Assembly (NCBI GenBank): GCA_021613535.1
Contig: CP075497.1
Coordinates: 558,001 to 622,000, forward strand
Reading direction: 5' to 3'
From: Adineta vaga
Lineage: Eukaryota > Animalia > Rotifera
DNA length: 64,000 nt
Position numbers and translations under genes: made by a program. Below, one piece after another: positions 39,925 to 51,965 of the stretch (position 1 is its first letter; each line of letters starts with the position of its first letter). The notes under the pieces were generated by a model. That model worked only from the letters and a program-made list of their open reading frames with translations, was not told the origin of the DNA and ran no database searches.

Positions 39925-40776
39925 ACGACCAAAACAAATGGAATGCGTTTATCAACCATAAGAAAATCGAAGAATGAACTAATCCCTCCATTTCTCCCTC
40001 CCCCTCAAAACTCTACTTGTAGCTTAATCATATAACTTATTTTCATTTTAACGAATGCTTTTATTGTAAAATTAGTATAGCCACTCTAACAATAATGTAT
40101 ACCACATTCTTACTTATCCTTTTATGTATAAATATAGAATATCATTAGACATAGTCAACTTGAGAATGTAAGTAGATGAAGAAAATAACGGCATATCCTC
40201 ATTATCTGAAATTCTTTTATCCATCTCAGCTTCTTTCATGAAAAGAACGTTGGTGGTTTAGTCACACTAGTTATTGATTAAATTGTTTTCAAAATTTTCT
40301 GCAATTTGGTAAAACATTCATTATTATCTTTTAATAATACGATTTATAACCTCGTACAACCAGTTACTTTGTCAAATAATTTCAATGATACTTTCTATTC
40401 ATTTTTTCTATGTAGAAATCTACAGATTTTTGTTGCAATTTTTAGAGCATGTGTAATGTACAAAATTTCTCGTACTTATCAAACATCAATATGATGTCTG
40501 ACAAAGAATTTAAAGAAAAAATTAATTTGACAGATGAGTTCTATTTCTTTTTTCTGTATTTAGCTGTGATGAAGATGGAGACGAGAGAAAGTTGGAAAGA
40601 ATCAAAAGAAAATCAACTCGTTTGTTCGTTCTGTCACTTGTTCTTTACAATATTATTTTAAAAAGTAGCTAGGTAAAGTTTCTTCCTACGCGATAGTAAA
40701 ACAACAGAAATAACATTCGAGAAATAAAGAAAAAAAGAATAAAAGTGATCTTTCTTTTCAATCTAACAATATCAAG

Positions 40777-42543
40777 ATGGACGAATTGAACTCGATACCA
40801 TCATCCAATATTCGTCAATCACGACAACGCATCGCTCAAAATTATCTTCTTCTCTGGATAGATGCTAGCATCGATGAAGAAAGCAAAGACTACCAAGAAG
40901 TATTGTTTCAACTAAAGAATGTGATCAACAATGTCAACTTATGTACTCAACCGAATCAATGTATAGATTTGCTCAGTCAAGTAGACAATGAACGTGTCTT
41001 CGTCATCATATCAGAATATTTAGGTCAATATTTAATTCCTGAAATTCATGATATATCACAACTAGATACAATTTACATCTTCTGTGACAATAAATCCAAA
41101 CATCAAGAATGGATAAAAAACTGGACAAAAATAAAAGGTATTCATACAAATATAAACGAGATTTGTCAAGGTTTACAAAGGGCTGTTAAGCAATGTGATC
41201 AAGATCTTATAGCCATAAGTTTTGTTACAACAAATGAAATGGCTTCAACTGATAATTTAAATCAACTCGAACCAACATTTATGTATACACAAATATTTAA
41301 GGATATTCTTTTTGATATCGATTATGGTGACAATGCAATCAAAGATTTAGCAGCTTGTTGTCGAGAAGTTTTTTCTGATAATTCAATTGAATTACAAGTA
41401 ATTAATGAATTTGAACATGATTATATTCCAGAAAAAGCCGTATGGTGGTATACACGTGAATGTTTCACCTATAAAATGCTCAATCAAGCACTTCGAACTT
41501 TGAATGCCGATATAATCATAAACATGGGCTTCTTTCTACGTGATGTACATCAACAGATTCAAGAGCTGTACGAAAAACAAGTTAGTTCTTATGATGGCAA
41601 ATCGTTTATAGTTTATCGGGGACAAGGTTTTACGAAACCAGACTTTAAAAAACTTGAACAAACAAAAGGTGGATTAATTTCCTTTAACAATTTCTTGTCT
41701 ACAAGTACACATGAAAAAGTATCTCTCAGTTTCGCTCAAGATGCTTCAATAAAACCCGATATGGTGGGTATTCTCTTCATAATGTCTATTGATCCTTGTT
41801 CAACATCAACACCATTTGCTTCGATTAGAGAGGAAAGTTATTTTAAGGGAGAAGATGAAATTCTCTTTTCAATGCATACTGTCTTTCGAGTGAATACAAT
41901 TAAACAAATAAACAATAAGAATCAACTTTATCAAGTTGAATTACAATTAACCTTAGATGATGATCAAGAATTACGACTACTTACTGATAGAATACGAGAA
42001 GAAGTTGATGGTACTGGATGGGAAACATTAGCTGATTTATTACTTAAAATTGGTCAATTTAATAAGGCTGATGAACTTTATAATGTATTAATTGAACAAG
42101 CATCTAATGTATATGAGAAAGCACTTTATTCTAATCAACTTGGATTAGTACATTTAGATCAAGGTGATTATGAAAAAGCTCTTTTTTATTTCGAACAAGG
42201 ACTTAAAATTCGACAAGAAAATCTTCCTTCAAATCATCTTCATTTAGCTATTTCATACAATAATGTTGGTTTAGTCTATGATAAGATGGAAGAGTATGAG
42301 AGAGCACTTTCCTATTATGAAAAAGATCTTGAAATCTCTGAGAAAAGTCTTCCTTCAAATCATCCTTCGTTGGCTATTTCATACAATAATATTGGTTGGG
42401 TTTATAGAGATATGAAAGATTATTCGAAAGCACTTCTATATTTTGAACACGCTCTGAATATATGGCAACGTTTATTACCTCCAAGTCATCGTAGCATTAA
42501 AAAAGCGAAAGAGAGTATTGAATTTTTAAAGCAGCAATTATAA
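40777..42543 (+). CDS. ADP-ribosyltransferase (R-S-E clade)-TPR protein
   Basis: 588 aa; N-terminal alpha/beta domain (LLWID, VFVIIS, IYIFC); WWYTRE..YKMLNQALR; YRGQ, FLSTS, EDEILF; C-terminal 42-aa TPR/kinesin-light-chain-type repeats. Confidence 0.9.
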   Translation: MDELNSIPSSNIRQSRQRIAQNYLLLWIDASIDEESKDYQEVLFQLKNVINNVNLCTQPNQCIDLLSQVDNERVFVIISEYLGQYLIPEIHDISQLDTIYIFCDNKSKHQEWIKNWTKIKGIHTNINEICQGLQRAVKQCDQDLIAISFVTTNEMASTDNLNQLEPTFMYTQIFKDILFDIDYGDNAIKDLAACCREVFSDNSIELQVINEFEHDYIPEKAVWWYTRECFTYKMLNQALRTLNADIIINMGFFLRDVHQQIQELYEKQVSSYDGKSFIVYRGQGFTKPDFKKLEQTKGGLISFNNFLSTSTHEKVSLSFAQDASIKPDMVGILFIMSIDPCSTSTPFASIREESYFKGEDEILFSMHTVFRVNTIKQINNKNQLYQVELQLTLDDDQELRLLTDRIREEVDGTGWETLADLLLKIGQFNKADELYNVLIEQASNVYEKALYSNQLGLVHLDQGDYEKALFYFEQGLKIRQENLPSNHLHLAISYNNVGLVYDKMEEYERALSYYEKDLEISEKSLPSNHPSLAISYNNIGWVYRDMKDYSKALLYFEHALNIWQRLLPPSHRSIKKAKESIEFLKQQL

Positions 42544-42867
42544 AGAATGTTTAATAAATAAATAAAAAGATATTTTGTTCATACTCTCAAGATGTTCTTT
42601 TTCTCGTTCACTATGCAACTTGAAAGTTAATGACAAATCTATCAAGATTCATTTATTTATTTTTTGAGAATAAAGAAATCCAAGATTCTGATAACTTTCA
42701 ATCATTAATTTGATTTTGAATGTGACAAATATTCAAAGTTACAATAAATATCTCAAATTCATATTTTGTCAATTTCCTTTCTATATCCAATCAATATATG
42801 ATCGCAATCATATTTTATCTAAGAAGGGTCTGATGGGCCTATCGAGATCTGGAGACATTCGTCAAAA

Positions 42868-42931
42868 TTGAGGGTGTGAGTGTGGGATATAGTTGAATAA
42901 TAATACCCTCACTCACACCCACACCCTTCAA
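42868..42931. repeat. Telomeric-repeat inverted module
   Basis: ttgagggtgtgagtgtggg-atatagttgaataataata-ccctcactcacacccacacccttcaa. Confidence 0.85.
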
Positions 42932-43253
42932 CTTTTCCTGTTAATAATTGTTCATTCAATAGCATTGGACTAAATAATGCTGTATCATTAAATTGATTGA
43001 GTATACCAATTGTTGTTTGATTTTTATTCTGACAAGATGATCGAATTAATAGCCACATTGCACTTATACTTGTTCGTACATCAATTGGCCAAAGTAATAA
43101 TATATCTGCTGCAAATATGAAATCAATCCATTGTTGTGTAATGAAATTACTTGAGCATACTTGGTGAAATAATACAATTGTTTTGACAAATTTCTCGTAA
43201 GTGATCGAAGTTTTTGTACATGAATATTGTAAAATATGAGCATATTTCTGTAG
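42929..43253 (-). pseudogene. Orphan internal coding fragment of the Cys-module membrane family (paralog of the gene at 1-2050)
   Basis: Stop-free LQKYAHILQYSCTKTSITYEKFVKTIVLFHQVCSSNFITQQWIDFIF...DVRTSISAMW...LLNEQLLTGKV; no start codon, bounded by repeat arms on both sides. Confidence 0.8.
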
Positions 43254-43254
43254 A

Positions 43255-43327
43255 AGGGTGTATGAGGACGGGTGGCGTTGTGTGTGGATCTCTCGTTAAC
43301 CTACGCTCACACCCACACCCTCAAGAT
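43255..43327. repeat. Telomeric-repeat inverted module
   Basis: agggtgtatgaggacgggtggcgttgtgtgtgg...ctcacacccacaccctcaagat. Confidence 0.75.
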
Positions 43328-44132
43328 TAGTCATCGAATGATGCAGCTGTTTTTTTCTCTCTTCGTGATAAGGATGCTGAATTTATTTTTGATAACCGAT
43401 CGCGTAAAAGTAATAAATATTTTGTCTTTTTTTCTAATTATCAACGCTGTCCTATACTGCAACGAATATATGCCCGAGAGAAATGTTTTGAGATATTATC
43501 TGCTAGTTCAATTAATGACAGTGTATAACTGTACAAGCATTGTATCCGTTGTCGTTTGCTCTTCATTTCTATTTTGTACGTACCCGATCTTAATGTTCTT
43601 ACCAGGTAACTGATTCCACTAATTTTTCAATTTCTCATTAGTTAATCCATTTCTGTTTATCACCGATTATCAATGTTTCTTCTGATTTCAATTACATTTC
43701 GAATCAGTGGCATTCGGTTCGTTTGTAGTCTCTGAACCGTATTTTGAGTCAGTGTGAAGCGACGTTACATTCCTATTTTACCTTATCTTTCTGATTTCGA
43801 CGTTCTCTGGGTTTGAATGTTGATTTGCACACTCAGATGATCGATGATGTACCTGTATCTATACGCCCACACCCTAGATAGTAATTTTTCGTAATCAGCA
43901 GCTCACACTCTATCAGATGATGTAAAAAAAACGACAAAAATTTTCATTTGAAATTCGTATGGTCCGACCTTACCGTGGACTCAGTTTACTTTAACAGCTG
44001 TTCTATGCCATCCGAGTTGCTAAATACCTTAAGATCTGTTGTTCAGTATCAGTAATATACATCCACCAATAGAATAAAAAATATGTCGCTTATGTTCCAG
44101 ACACAACTTTAGACCATTCTTTGTTCTGAACA

Positions 44133-44558
44133 ATGGCGATCACAAGTTGTCGGAATCTTCGCCCCAATGAGGCCGAAGAGAACAAAGAAGATTTTACTCT
44201 CGTTTGGCTCGATGAAAATATCGATAATTCATCAGATTCTCTACAGATACAGATGCAAATGCGGAATGTGAACAATTACTACCAATTCTATACCAACTCA
44301 GAACTCTGTCTCGAGTTTATGCGAACAGTTCAAAATGAGAAAATATTCCTCGTTGTTTCCGAGATCCTGACACCTAGTATATTACCCCAAATCCAATCGT
44401 TACAATCGATCGCTTCGGTCTTCATCTTCTGCACCAACTGTCATGACTATCTCTCTCTACTTAATCAATATCCCAAATTCGCTCATCAAATCAATTCTAA
44501 AAAGAATCTATTTCGCCTCGAAACAAACACTCTTGTTTAGTCTCTTTGATCAGAAACT
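44133..44558 (+). pseudogene. 5' fragment of an ART-TPR family gene (N-terminal domain only)
   Basis: ENKEDFTLVWLDENID...EKIFLVVS...SVFIFC resembles the N-termini of 40777 and 29006; fused at about 44559 to the duplicated F-box block. Confidence 0.7.
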
Positions 44559-44872
44559 AAGGTAATGTAGATAAAACAGTAAGTAATGAAATAAGATTTT
44601 CTTTTTTAAATATTATCAACACAAATTGATTGCAGATTATTAAATAAATAATCAAGCTTGATTTTATATCGAATAGATGAATTTGTAATTAATTGTTAAA
44701 AACGAGAATTTAGATTGAAAAATGCACAAATTATATCCAAACCGTATCTTTTATTTTTTTCCAGAACAGATTCGATAAAATTGAATAAATCAGCTCAATC
44801 AGTAATTCATTTTTAAGAATTTGAATAGCTTTGATTATATTCATTGCCTGTGTAAATAACAATTTCTTTGTT
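44559..44872 (+). repeat. Segmental duplication, copy 2 (internally deleted)
   Basis: Matches 21376-22033 but lacks 21559-21907, which is replaced by ccgt. Confidence 0.9.
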
Positions 44873-44964
44873 CCAAAACACCTTCTATGTTTGATCAGTT
44901 AGAAAGTAAGGATGTTGATATATTAATATAACATACATTCAATTCAAGCAAACTATATTCATTT

Positions 44965-45040
44965 TCTTGAGGGTGTGGGTGTGGGTGGGTGTGAGTGTAG
45001 GTGAAGAAGATATACCCACACCCACACTACACCCTCAAGA
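44965..45040. repeat. Telomeric-repeat inverted module
   Basis: tcttgagggtgtgggtgtgggtgggtgtgagtgtagg-tgaagaagatata-cccacacccacactacaccctcaaga. Confidence 0.9.
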
Positions 45041-47424
45041 ATATAGAAAATAAAACTAATGTCACGAAAAAACTAAGAAGATGTTCTTGCATGAAAGTTT
45101 TAATTCCTATTTTTGTTGTTGGCGAAACTTGTGGATTTTTAGCCAGAAATGATAACGCAGGTTTTGAGAATGGTAATGATGGAGCTGATGTTGTAGTTTT
45201 ACCATCAATAATCTTGCCGGGCCTCATAAGTTGATTTTGCACCAGACCAATTCGCTTTCGATTGCAATGAGCCAAATATGCACAGTATAAGAATGCAAAT
45301 AATCCCGGGATAATAGTCACAACAAACAAATACATAAGCCAATTGTCCTGCATTTGTTTTAACCAGTTTGCTGTTGCAGCCAATATGTCACCGCCGCTTT
45401 CGATAAGTTTACTGGCGGTTTTGCCAGCTGTATACATAACCATGCGCACAGGAGTATCATTGAACTGTTTTGTTCGATCAAGAAGAATGCACGATGACAT
45501 TCATGCTGTATGAATTGTCCACATTACCAATTTTGAGAGCCATTACTGAAGGCAAAAAATAATCAAATACTAATGTTTAAAATGTTCGAATGTAGCAAGT
45601 ATTTTTATAAGTATAATGATAAAAACGAGAAGAAAAACAAATGATAAGAATTCTTTTTCTGATCATGCAGAAATCTAAAAAAATACGTTGAATATTATCA
45701 AAAGTCTATGATTTCTTATGGTAGTACAGATTGATTCAGCTATTTCTACTCCTTTTCTTCAGTTGTTTATCTGTATATGGTTAGATATTGCAGTAACTGC
45801 TGTATCTAATTGTTTAGCGTCCAGTTGATTTACTTCGTTTTTTTTAGTCAAAGAATGCATCAAACTGTAGAGGATACAAAAAACTATTTTTGCAAGCTCA
45901 TAACTCATTGAAAGCAAAACCGATTGTTTCGAAAAATAGTTTCACATTGAGGAGATATGTAAAACGTTAGGACACAGAAGAATAACTTGAATCAAAAATA
46001 TTCCGATTAAAAGAGGATTGAATGACGCATTTAGCGATATAAATTACATGAAGTATACATGTTGGAATTTTCAAAAAAAATATTCTGAATGCATCTTAAA
46101 GTCTATCATCTTTTTTCCTTGTCATAGTACGTATTAAATCAAATGAAGTCCATACAAATCGATCGAGTAGCCAGGGGTCTATTCAAATGTGTAAAAATAA
46201 AAAACGACTACTACTTAATAGAAATAGAGTCAACTGAAGAAAAATGAGCAAGAATAGATGAACCATCTTGCACAGATAAGTAGACGTCCTTTTCCCGCCT
46301 CATTTATTCGTTATTCGTCATACCTCTAACTCATTTCCCTCTCATCGTCTGCCTTCGGTTTCATAATTGACCCAAAACCTCTTTCAACATCATCCAATAT
46401 TTGTGTTAAAATCGTCAACTCTGTAGCTGTCCTGTTACAGGGCCGCTCACGACAGTTCTATCAGTCGTGGCCGGATTATTGTATTATCTACTTGATGGTG
46501 GTAGTAGTAAATGATATCATCGTTCTTACCTATGCTGTGATTTTTTCATATTATGCTTTTATCGTCATATTCTTGGTCGTTTACAACATTCATCTCATAC
46601 ACGTGGTGTTCTTTCATGATACTTTTACCCATCTTTATTTTATTTGTTGTCTGGAACAATGTTTTCTCTCTTCTCTTTTTTCTTTTTTTTCTTTTCTCTT
46701 TTATTCTTATCGGTTCGTTTCTTTATGTATTACTTGCACGCACCACTCATTTTTTTCTTTTCTTTTTCTTATCGCTTTACCTCCTCATTTACTACATACA
46801 TGCGCTACCCATTCGTTCTTTTTTCTTTTCCTCTCCAGTTTTTCTCTCTTCTCATCTTTCGACTTGTTCGATGGAAGAAGGAACGTCTCATCGCATTCTG
46901 CCACGAGTCGTGTACATGTGATCACGGGTAGTATATAATAGAGTGCTTCTGACTCTAATATGTGTGTGTTTTTCTCGTTCTCATCATCTCAAGAAAGCTC
47001 GAGTTAAGATACGAGCCCACAATATTGCTTGAAGATTCAAATCTCTCGTCAGTTGTACTCTGTCAATATCAGAATAGTTTTGATAAAATCTGACTGCTCA
47101 TAATCGATTCCGTGCTTTGGGACAGAGATGACGAATGATTCGTCTAATCACCGATCTCTATCCTTCGGATTTCCTGTTGGACCTCGTTCAACTTTCAGAT
47201 TGCTCTAAATGATTTTACTTTTGATGAAGTGAACTCCTAGAGTATAATTGTTAGTGAGCGAAGTGTCATTCACACGCTCTCTTCTTCATCTTTCTGTCGA
47301 TGTGTCATTGGAATTTTACTACTGTTTCAGATTTAAACACCAGCAATTTTGCAGGATAAAAGAAAGAGACAAGATCACACAATATCAGCTGACTTCTAAG
47401 ACCGACAGATCGGTAGCAACTACA

Positions 47425-48249
47425 ATGGACGAATGCTTAGATGAATACATTGACACTGCGGAAGAATCTCTCACGCTGTTGAGGAAACTGGTGGACGATA
47501 TCGAAGCGCACCATTCCAAATGCAATATTGCCAAAACAGCAGGCACTGCGGCTTCAGTTCTTGGTTCTGCAGTTACCATTGGAGCTATTGCTGCGGCACC
47601 ATTCACCGGTGGAGCCTCCATCATAGCGCTTGGTGGTTATGGTGCGGCTACAGCTATAGGAGGAGCAGTTACCAAGCTAGGAACAGATGCTGTTGATATG
47701 ATCTGGACAAAGAGTTATCAAGAAGAATTAATTGCAATTGATAGCCGACTGGAAGATGTTGGGAAAAGATTTTCTTCGTATCTCGAACAAATTGAAGCTG
47801 AGGCTGCACAAATTTTCAAGGAAAATGGAAACGAGGAAGAAGCATACGAAGAAGCTTTCAAAGTATTGATAACCACCGGAAAAATAGGTTGGAAAGGGAA
47901 GCAAGTCTTAAGTATAGCCAAAAATATGGGGCAAACTACTGGATCCACGTTTCTACGAAATGGAGGCGAAGCGTGGAAAGGAATGCAAGTGAATTCTAAT
48001 TTGCTCACGTCGGCATTCCAGAAAATGGGGCTGGATGTTTCGCAGCGAGCAGCGCTTAATGTGGTGAAAGGTGCTACAGCCGCCTTAAGTGCGATTTTTA
48101 TTGTCTGGGATCTCAAGTCGTTAGCTTATAGCCTTAACAATGACCATCCGGCTGCAGGACCTGTGAAGGAGCAAATTGAAAAAATCGAAAAGCTATTTAA
48201 AAACTTGAAAGACTTGCGAGATTCGTTCAACGTAGAAGAGAATGATTAA
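47425..48249 (+). CDS. Apolipoprotein L-like protein
   Basis: LRKLVDDIEAHHSKCNIAKTAGTAASVLGS...AAAPFTGGASII...GGAVT matches the ApoL family pattern; C-terminal ALSAIFIVWDL helix plus coiled coil; an upstream exon is possible (acceptor near 47330). Confidence 0.75.
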   Translation: MDECLDEYIDTAEESLTLLRKLVDDIEAHHSKCNIAKTAGTAASVLGSAVTIGAIAAAPFTGGASIIALGGYGAATAIGGAVTKLGTDAVDMIWTKSYQEELIAIDSRLEDVGKRFSSYLEQIEAEAAQIFKENGNEEEAYEEAFKVLITTGKIGWKGKQVLSIAKNMGQTTGSTFLRNGGEAWKGMQVNSNLLTSAFQKMGLDVSQRAALNVVKGATAALSAIFIVWDLKSLAYSLNNDHPAAGPVKEQIEKIEKLFKNLKDLRDSFNVEEND

Positions 48250-48502
48250 TGGTTATGGATTGAATCTGTACGACTGTATTTTTGGCTCCTGTCTCTTTAC
48301 GTTCAACATCATTCTGATGACTGATAAAAGTATAACAGTGAGTGTGCGAGGGTCAGTATTTTTTCTGTTCATAGCTCATACCCTCACCTTCAAGATACTC
48401 AGCTAGGTTATGATTTGTATTTTGAATTTCTTTCAATAAATATTATAAATATAAATTGAAATTTGGTTTGTCCTTGACAATTTGCTCCAGTTGTTGTTTC
48501 AT

Positions 48503-48562
48503 AGGGTGTGGGTGTGGGTGTGGGTTAAGACTGTAGCGTGAAGTATACCCACACCCACCCCA
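48503..48562. repeat. Telomeric-repeat inverted module
   Basis: agggtgtgggtgtgggtgtgggt-taagactgtagcgtgaagtata-cccacacccacccca; a degenerate module also lies at 48339-48396 and a lone arm at 49018-49039. Confidence 0.85.
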
Positions 48563-50027
48563 AATCGGAAGTCCATTGAGATATCTAGCCGTGGCAGTAG
48601 TGATGACTTTGATGATATTGAATATGTTTTAAATTGCATTGAAAAACCTTCAATATCTATTAAACATTGTACATTTTCCGTCAAAGCTGGTTATGATGAA
48701 TTTCGTATGAAAATAAGGTGTTATTTCATTTACCATTATTAACTCACTTGATAATTGAGATAATCTATGCTCTTGAAGACTTTATCGATATCGTAAACAC
48801 ATGTCTCATTCATGCAAAGCATTTACTTTATTTGTACCTTCCTATAAGCTACGGCATATTCTTAAAGAAGTATCTAATACAATGGAACAGAATATTCAGT
48901 TATGGTTAAAGGAAAATACTCTTTTAGGTGACTCGATGATCGGAAGAGAGTTTCATGCATTCATTGGTGGTGATGTCTCGATCTGGTTCTGCTATTAAAG
49001 TTTTTATGTAGACCAAATTGAGGGTGTGAACGTGTGAGTCTCTTGGATTACATACTTTTGTTAGTTTTCTTTTACTGTAAGTGGATGACGTTGCTTTAAT
49101 CGTTGAAGTTTATGTTGATAAAATTCTCGAAGTCGAAAACTATTATAACCCATTGGTTTTTCAATTAATCTTTTAGATAGCACAATGGTTGTTTATTAAA
49201 GAGCATTTTCCCGAGTATTCTTCAAGATAGATTTACATGTGGCGAAGAAAAGTGTAGAAATAGAACTTTCTCAAAATTATTCCACTCCCATGATGTAATT
49301 GAATACATTCTATGATAAAGTATATTTATAATACATGTACGTACATATCTTTCAGCTGTTTCCAATTTAGTATGAGGAATATCTTCAAAGTTAATTAGAT
49401 TTATATCCAAATCGTTTACCATTGTAGTGGATTCTTGTCCTAACCAAAAATTACAAAGCAAATTCATAACAATATACATTTCTTTACATTCAATTTCTAT
49501 TTCCTTCATCTGATTCATTTTTATTCTGATAACAACCTCCTGTCATTGAATGATATAATAAAAAAATAGATGCCAAGTCTATAGACCAAAGTTGTCCTTG
49601 AACATCATTCGTATTTCGAAACTTTTTTCACTAGTAAATAACTAAACTATACTTGATGGTTTATGACACAATCCCAAAGTTGTCTCTGCTTCGTATTATT
49701 CATTAAAATCAAATTGAGATTGTTCACAATTTTTGATTTTGAACTTTTCGAAATACATAAATAATTTTTCTGTTCAGAATATTCTTTCTTAGGTATCGCA
49801 TCTTTCTATAAAATTCATAACTTTTTTATTATCATAATTAATATCATTATCATTAAGATACGAATGAACAAGAATATAAATATAACATGCTTCATATTTA
49901 TCCATTTCTATTTGAACACGTTCTAAATACTCTTGAAACATATAACTTTCTTCATAATGTTTAAAGATTTCAAAGTTAATACTGTTGTAAGTATCATCAA
50001 TTGTTTCATTTTAATCGAAAATAGGTA

Positions 50028-50138
50028 AGGGTGTGGGTGTGGGTAGTTGTAGGAGTAGATGTTAGATAGCTATGGCACTCACACCCGCACCCGCAGGCAT
50101 CCACTCTCACGCCTAGATCGACACCCACATCCGCCTCA
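50028..50138. repeat. Telomeric-repeat inverted module joining two unrelated gene fragments
   Basis: agggtgtgggtgtgggt...cactcacacccgcaccc...acacccacatccgcctca. Confidence 0.75.
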
Positions 50139-51138
50139 TTTACGATGTCTTTCTATAAGTATTCGTTTAGCAGATGAGAATCAACATTTTCCAATTGTTC
50201 TTACATCGATCATTACACTAAAGCTTCGTTTTAGTGGTAAATTCTTATTATTATGCAAATTTTTGAATTATATGCCGAATCTACGTTATTTAACAATCGA
50301 AATAGAAGATAATTGTTTAAATGGATATGAATGGCAACAACTTGTTGTCGACATGCACCTAAACTGAAAGTTTTACGTTTCAAAATGCCCGTGAAATTTT
50401 CTAATTGTTTCAATATCGATACAGAAGTTGATAAACTTTTGGATACATATCGAACTTCATTTTGGCTTAATAATCATCAATGGTATGTTTGTTGTGATAT
50501 AAGTCTAAACGAAAACATCTATAATGGACATCTTTATACGTTACCATATTGTTTCGATACTTTTGTTGAAATTTCCAACAGATATTCGAAATGGACTTCT
50601 GATAACGATAAAACAATTTGATCATTTGACTACATTACATTGTTCAATAGATAGTGAAGAATCCGAATTTCAATTACAAATCTTATGCAATCGAGCAATA
50701 CATCTTCATCAATTAATCATTGATAATCCACATTCATTAGCATTGCCAATATTATGTAGACTCAATAGTTCATCTATTCGTCATCTAAAATTATTTCCGA
50801 GATCTTCTTTACCTTTCTACTATTTAAATCATATAGAATGTATCACATTTGTTAATTCTCCACTTGGACGTCAATGTGAAGTGCTTAACATTCAAATTAA
50901 ATCTGAAGAAAGTGTAGTGTATCTTATCAATACTATCATTAATCTTCAAGCACTTCTGCTTCATATTTTTCAACAAAAACATCCACATACATTTCCAAAC
51001 CAAAATGAATTCAGCGAACGGATGGATAATCAGTTACATAAAAGATATTTGATTAAAAATTTTAAATCTGTTCTTTATAGTAGTGAACTCGTTTGTGGAA
51101 GTACCGATTCAATAGATATTGATCTGTTGATCGGTTAG
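50139..51138 (+). pseudogene. C-terminal fragment of an F-box/LRR-family gene, frameshifted
   Basis: MPNLRYLTI...LNGYEWQQL / PKLKVLRF...YRTSFWLNNHQWYV...LYTLPYCF / SPLGRQCEVLNI are spread over three frames; 5' end replaced by the repeat module. Confidence 0.65.
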
Positions 51139-51965
51139 TTCTTTTCAACTATTGTGACCTTTATAGATATCAAAATAATTATATATAAGTTTATCATTTC
51201 CATTTTTATATTATATTCTATAGGAACAAGTCAAAACCTATGTTTGACAGAGAAATACAATATAACTGTGATACAATTGCTACTTTTCCTTTAAATTTTT
51301 TAACTTTCATAAAATAAATGTTTTTTTTTTCAAGTTCTTATTTATTGAATATGTCATATTTTCTCATTCAAATGACATTTATTATTCCATATAAATATAC
51401 TTATAGACATGACATCTATAAGTATCATTATCAAAAGAGGAAATCGTTACTCATATATGGTGGGATGAGTGTACGGGTATATATTCAAAGAAAACATTCA
51501 TACCCAACTGCGACATATATAGATGCAAGATATAAATCAAACTTTAGACATTATTTTTTCCAATTGCTGACTATTAAAAATGAGTAGATCAATAGAACGA
51601 ATAGGTGTTAAATTGCGTGATAATTGATAAAATTCTTCAATATATTTTTCTTAAGAAAGTGATATATATATTCGAAAGAATTTTATCTTTATTTTCCTCT
51701 TTTAAAACAATAGCTTTTTGTAATGAATAACAATCTTAAATTCAAATTCTGTTAATAGTCTGATAGAAAAAAACATTATTGAAATTATTCCTTTGAATTT
51801 TTATAAATTTTATAAGATCCGAACATTTATTTCAACTATATTGATGAAAATTCGCTTAGAAAATTTCTTTCTATGAAGATATTGTTTGATTGATTGACAT
51901 TTTATTGGTAAAACTAATTTTTATCATTTGTAAATTAACAAAAAAAAGGATTGTAAAAATTGTTT

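Noticed and set aside
46492-46938. Three overlapping Phe/Ser/Leu-rich ORFs
   Set aside because: T/C-rich low-complexity sequence lacks stops by composition.
47385-48116. Minus-strand ORFs overlapping the ApoL-like gene (similar cases over the EF-hand, GPCR and ART genes)
   Set aside because: Antisense shadows of real coding frames.
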